Source of the DNA: Dehalococcoidia bacterium
Lineage (GTDB): Bacteria; Chloroflexota; Dehalococcoidia; UBA2979
Assembly: GCA_019694855.1 (NCBI GenBank)
Contig: JAIBBD010000005.1
Location: 1 to 62,576, forward strand
Length of the DNA: 62,576 nt
Direction: 5' to 3'
Shown one piece after another: positions 61,378-62,576 of the stretch. The notes under the pieces were generated by a model. It did no database searches. It had not been told where the DNA came from and worked only from the letters and a program-made list of their open reading frames with translations. The position numbers and the translations under genes are program-made. Position 1 is the first letter of the stretch. Every line of letters begins with the position of its first letter.

Positions 61378-62424
61378 ATGTCTGTCCGTTTCCGGAGGTC
61401 GATGAAGATCGGGCCCGGAGTGAGAATGACCTTCGGGAAAAAGAGCGGCAGCGTTAGCCTGGGAGGTCGAGGCTATCGTTACACAGTCTCGACTACTGGG
61501 CGCCGAACGACATCGCTCGGACTCCCAGGAACGGGCTTGGGTTGGACGGGATCGTCGAAACGAACGAAGAAGGCTACAGGCGTTCTGAGTCCTGGATCGG
61601 AGGGTCAGCCGGGGCGCATCCGGGTAGAGGACGCCGTCCCGGGTGCTGGACTATTTGCCAGTGCATCCGAGAAGGAGTTTCGGCGCGGTGTGATCGCCGT
61701 CGCCAAAGGTGACTTTGCGTCGGCCGCTACGGCGTTCGACAAGGCCACGTCGTCAGACACGAAAAATATCTCAGACGACCTTTTCTTCGGATTTGTCCTT
61801 TCAAAACTGGACCGTGATGAGGAGGCAATCGTTCCGCTTGAACGGGTAGTAGCGAGCGACGTCAGCTTGCCAGATGCCCTGATGAAGAAATATGCAGCTC
61901 GTCTCGAATTCGTGGTGACCGCGGAGATTGTGCCGGGCATCGTCGTGGATCTACCTTTCGATAGTTCTGGTGCGGCGGTGCTTCTTGCGGAGATATACCA
62001 GAAGGTCGGTCGTTTCGCGGAAGCAGCGGATCTCCTTGAAGGGCTGGGAGATGCCGGGCTGCCCGAATCGGTGGCGGCCACATCGCTGGCTGAACTCTAC
62101 GCTCAGCAGGCGTTGTGGGACGAGGTGCTTCGAGTTACGGACGGGATCACGAACACGGACGATCTGGACGCCGTCTGCCTCACTTATCGCGCAAGCGCCT
62201 TCTTTCAGCAGGGACTGTTGGATGCGGCTCTCGTGTCGCTCCGCGAGGCCCTTCGATCCTCCAAGCGGACTCCCGCCGTCTTGTGGAGTGCCCGCTACTT
62301 GCGCGCACGCGTCTACGAGGCTCAAGGTCAAAAGGCGAAAGCCCGGAAGGACTACGAGACGATCGTCGCCTCGTCACCTGATTTCGAAGACATCCGTGAA
62401 CGTCTCGCGGGTCTTAGCAGCTAG
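61378..62424 (+). CDS. DUF4236 N-terminal domain fused to TPR-like repeats
   Basis: MSVRFRRSMKIGPGVRMTFGKKSGSVSLGGRGYRYTVSTTGRRTTSLGLPGTGLGWTGSS matches the recollected DUF4236 signature (FRFRKS.KI.PGVR.N.SK.G.S.S.G..G......G....T.G.PGTGL). The C-terminal ~250 aa have TPR-like helical pairs (…AAVLLAEIYQKVGRFAEAADLLE…, …LRARVYEAQGQKAKARKDYETIV…). A sampled line is about 45% G+C. Confidence 0.7.
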   Translation: MSVRFRRSMKIGPGVRMTFGKKSGSVSLGGRGYRYTVSTTGRRTTSLGLPGTGLGWTGSSKRTKKATGVLSPGSEGQPGRIRVEDAVPGAGLFASASEKEFRRGVIAVAKGDFASAATAFDKATSSDTKNISDDLFFGFVLSKLDRDEEAIVPLERVVASDVSLPDALMKKYAARLEFVVTAEIVPGIVVDLPFDSSGAAVLLAEIYQKVGRFAEAADLLEGLGDAGLPESVAATSLAELYAQQALWDEVLRVTDGITNTDDLDAVCLTYRASAFFQQGLLDAALVSLREALRSSKRTPAVLWSARYLRARVYEAQGQKAKARKDYETIVASSPDFEDIRERLAGLSS

Positions 62425-62576
62425 GTGCTTCCAAGTCCTGACGACCACATCGCGATCACCGACCTGCTCGCCCGCTACTGCCTCACGCTCGACCGGGACG
62501 ACGTCGAGGCGTGGGTCGCGCTGTTCACCCCAGACGCTGCGTACGAGGTTTACGGGCGGGCGTTCGCGGGCCATGA
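62425..62576 (+). CDS. Partial (5' end only) SnoaL-like / NTF2-superfamily protein
   Basis: A GTG immediately after the TPR gene's stop reads VLPSPDDHIAITDLLARYCLTLDRDDVEAWVALFTPDAAYEVYGRAFAGH.... This is a typical SnoaL_4 N-terminus. It runs off the window, so it is not in the ORF track. The opposite-strand ORF 62374..62574 was rejected. Confidence 0.6.
   Translation, partial: MLPSPDDHIAITDLLARYCLTLDRDDVEAWVALFTPDAAYEVYGRAFAGH

Noticed and set aside
62374-62574. 66-aa minus-strand ORF at the right edge
   Set aside because: The plus strand from GTG 62425 gives a typical SnoaL-like N-terminus (…DHIAITDLLARYCLTLDRDDVEAWVALFTPDAAYEV…). The minus-strand text has no motif.
1-62576. Search for integrases, transposases, phage structural genes, rRNA and CRISPR-cas
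   Set aside because: No translated frame showed recombinase or transposase motifs (no R..H..R..Y tyrosine-recombinase pattern, no DDE or serine-recombinase text). No rRNA-like sequence or repeat-spacer array was seen. The islets therefore appear to be immobile remnants.

Overview
This is a 62.6 kb chromosomal segment from a very high-G+C bacterium. Sampled housekeeping lines are about 70-77% G+C. Gene content and style (split ADP-forming acetyl-CoA synthetase, a MaoC/acyl-CoA dehydrogenase block, many GTGA/ATGA start-stop overlaps) fit Chloroflexota/Thermomicrobia or Actinobacteria, but I cannot verify the taxon. Most of the window is ordinary core genome: an ABC-2 exporter, a Mo-oxidoreductase with its b-type cytochrome, greA-like, rsmG, argC, clpS (two copies), nhaA, a copZ-like/csoR/copA copper operon, pth, mfd, tRNA-Pro(GGG), and CoA-thioester metabolism genes. 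Many long ORFs in the supplied track are Arg/Pro/Gly-rich shadow frames, and I rejected them. No rRNA, CRISPR array, integrase or transposase was seen. Three small islets of lower G+C (sampled lines about 45-58%) interrupt the core. (i) 0.4-3.2 kb holds a gene broken by an in-frame TAG and a divergent HARE-HTH-like / DUF3800-like pair. (ii) 44.4-45.9 kb sits next to tRNA-Pro and carries a TylF-like methyltransferase. (iii) 58.2-62.4 kb holds a decaying DUF433/DUF5615-type toxin-antitoxin pair with an RHH remnant, a coupled two-gene unit of unknown function (one protein has three C-terminal repeats of about 55 aa), and a DUF4236-TPR protein. Other points worth a second look:
- A roughly 100-bp palindromic repeat occurs twice, each time at a convergent gene junction.
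- Two 17-bp palindromic operators lie between a TetR gene and a small His-rich membrane ORF.
- An HMA domain is fused to a Cys-rich domain in the copper operon.
- A second ClpS gene is translationally coupled to an acyl-CoA synthetase.
- A small alarmone-hydrolase-like HD protein follows an unknown 73-aa ORF.
- A coupled three-gene envelope operon has a frameshifted last gene.

The best candidates for an undescribed system are islets (iii) and (i). All family names come from motif recollection, not from searches.
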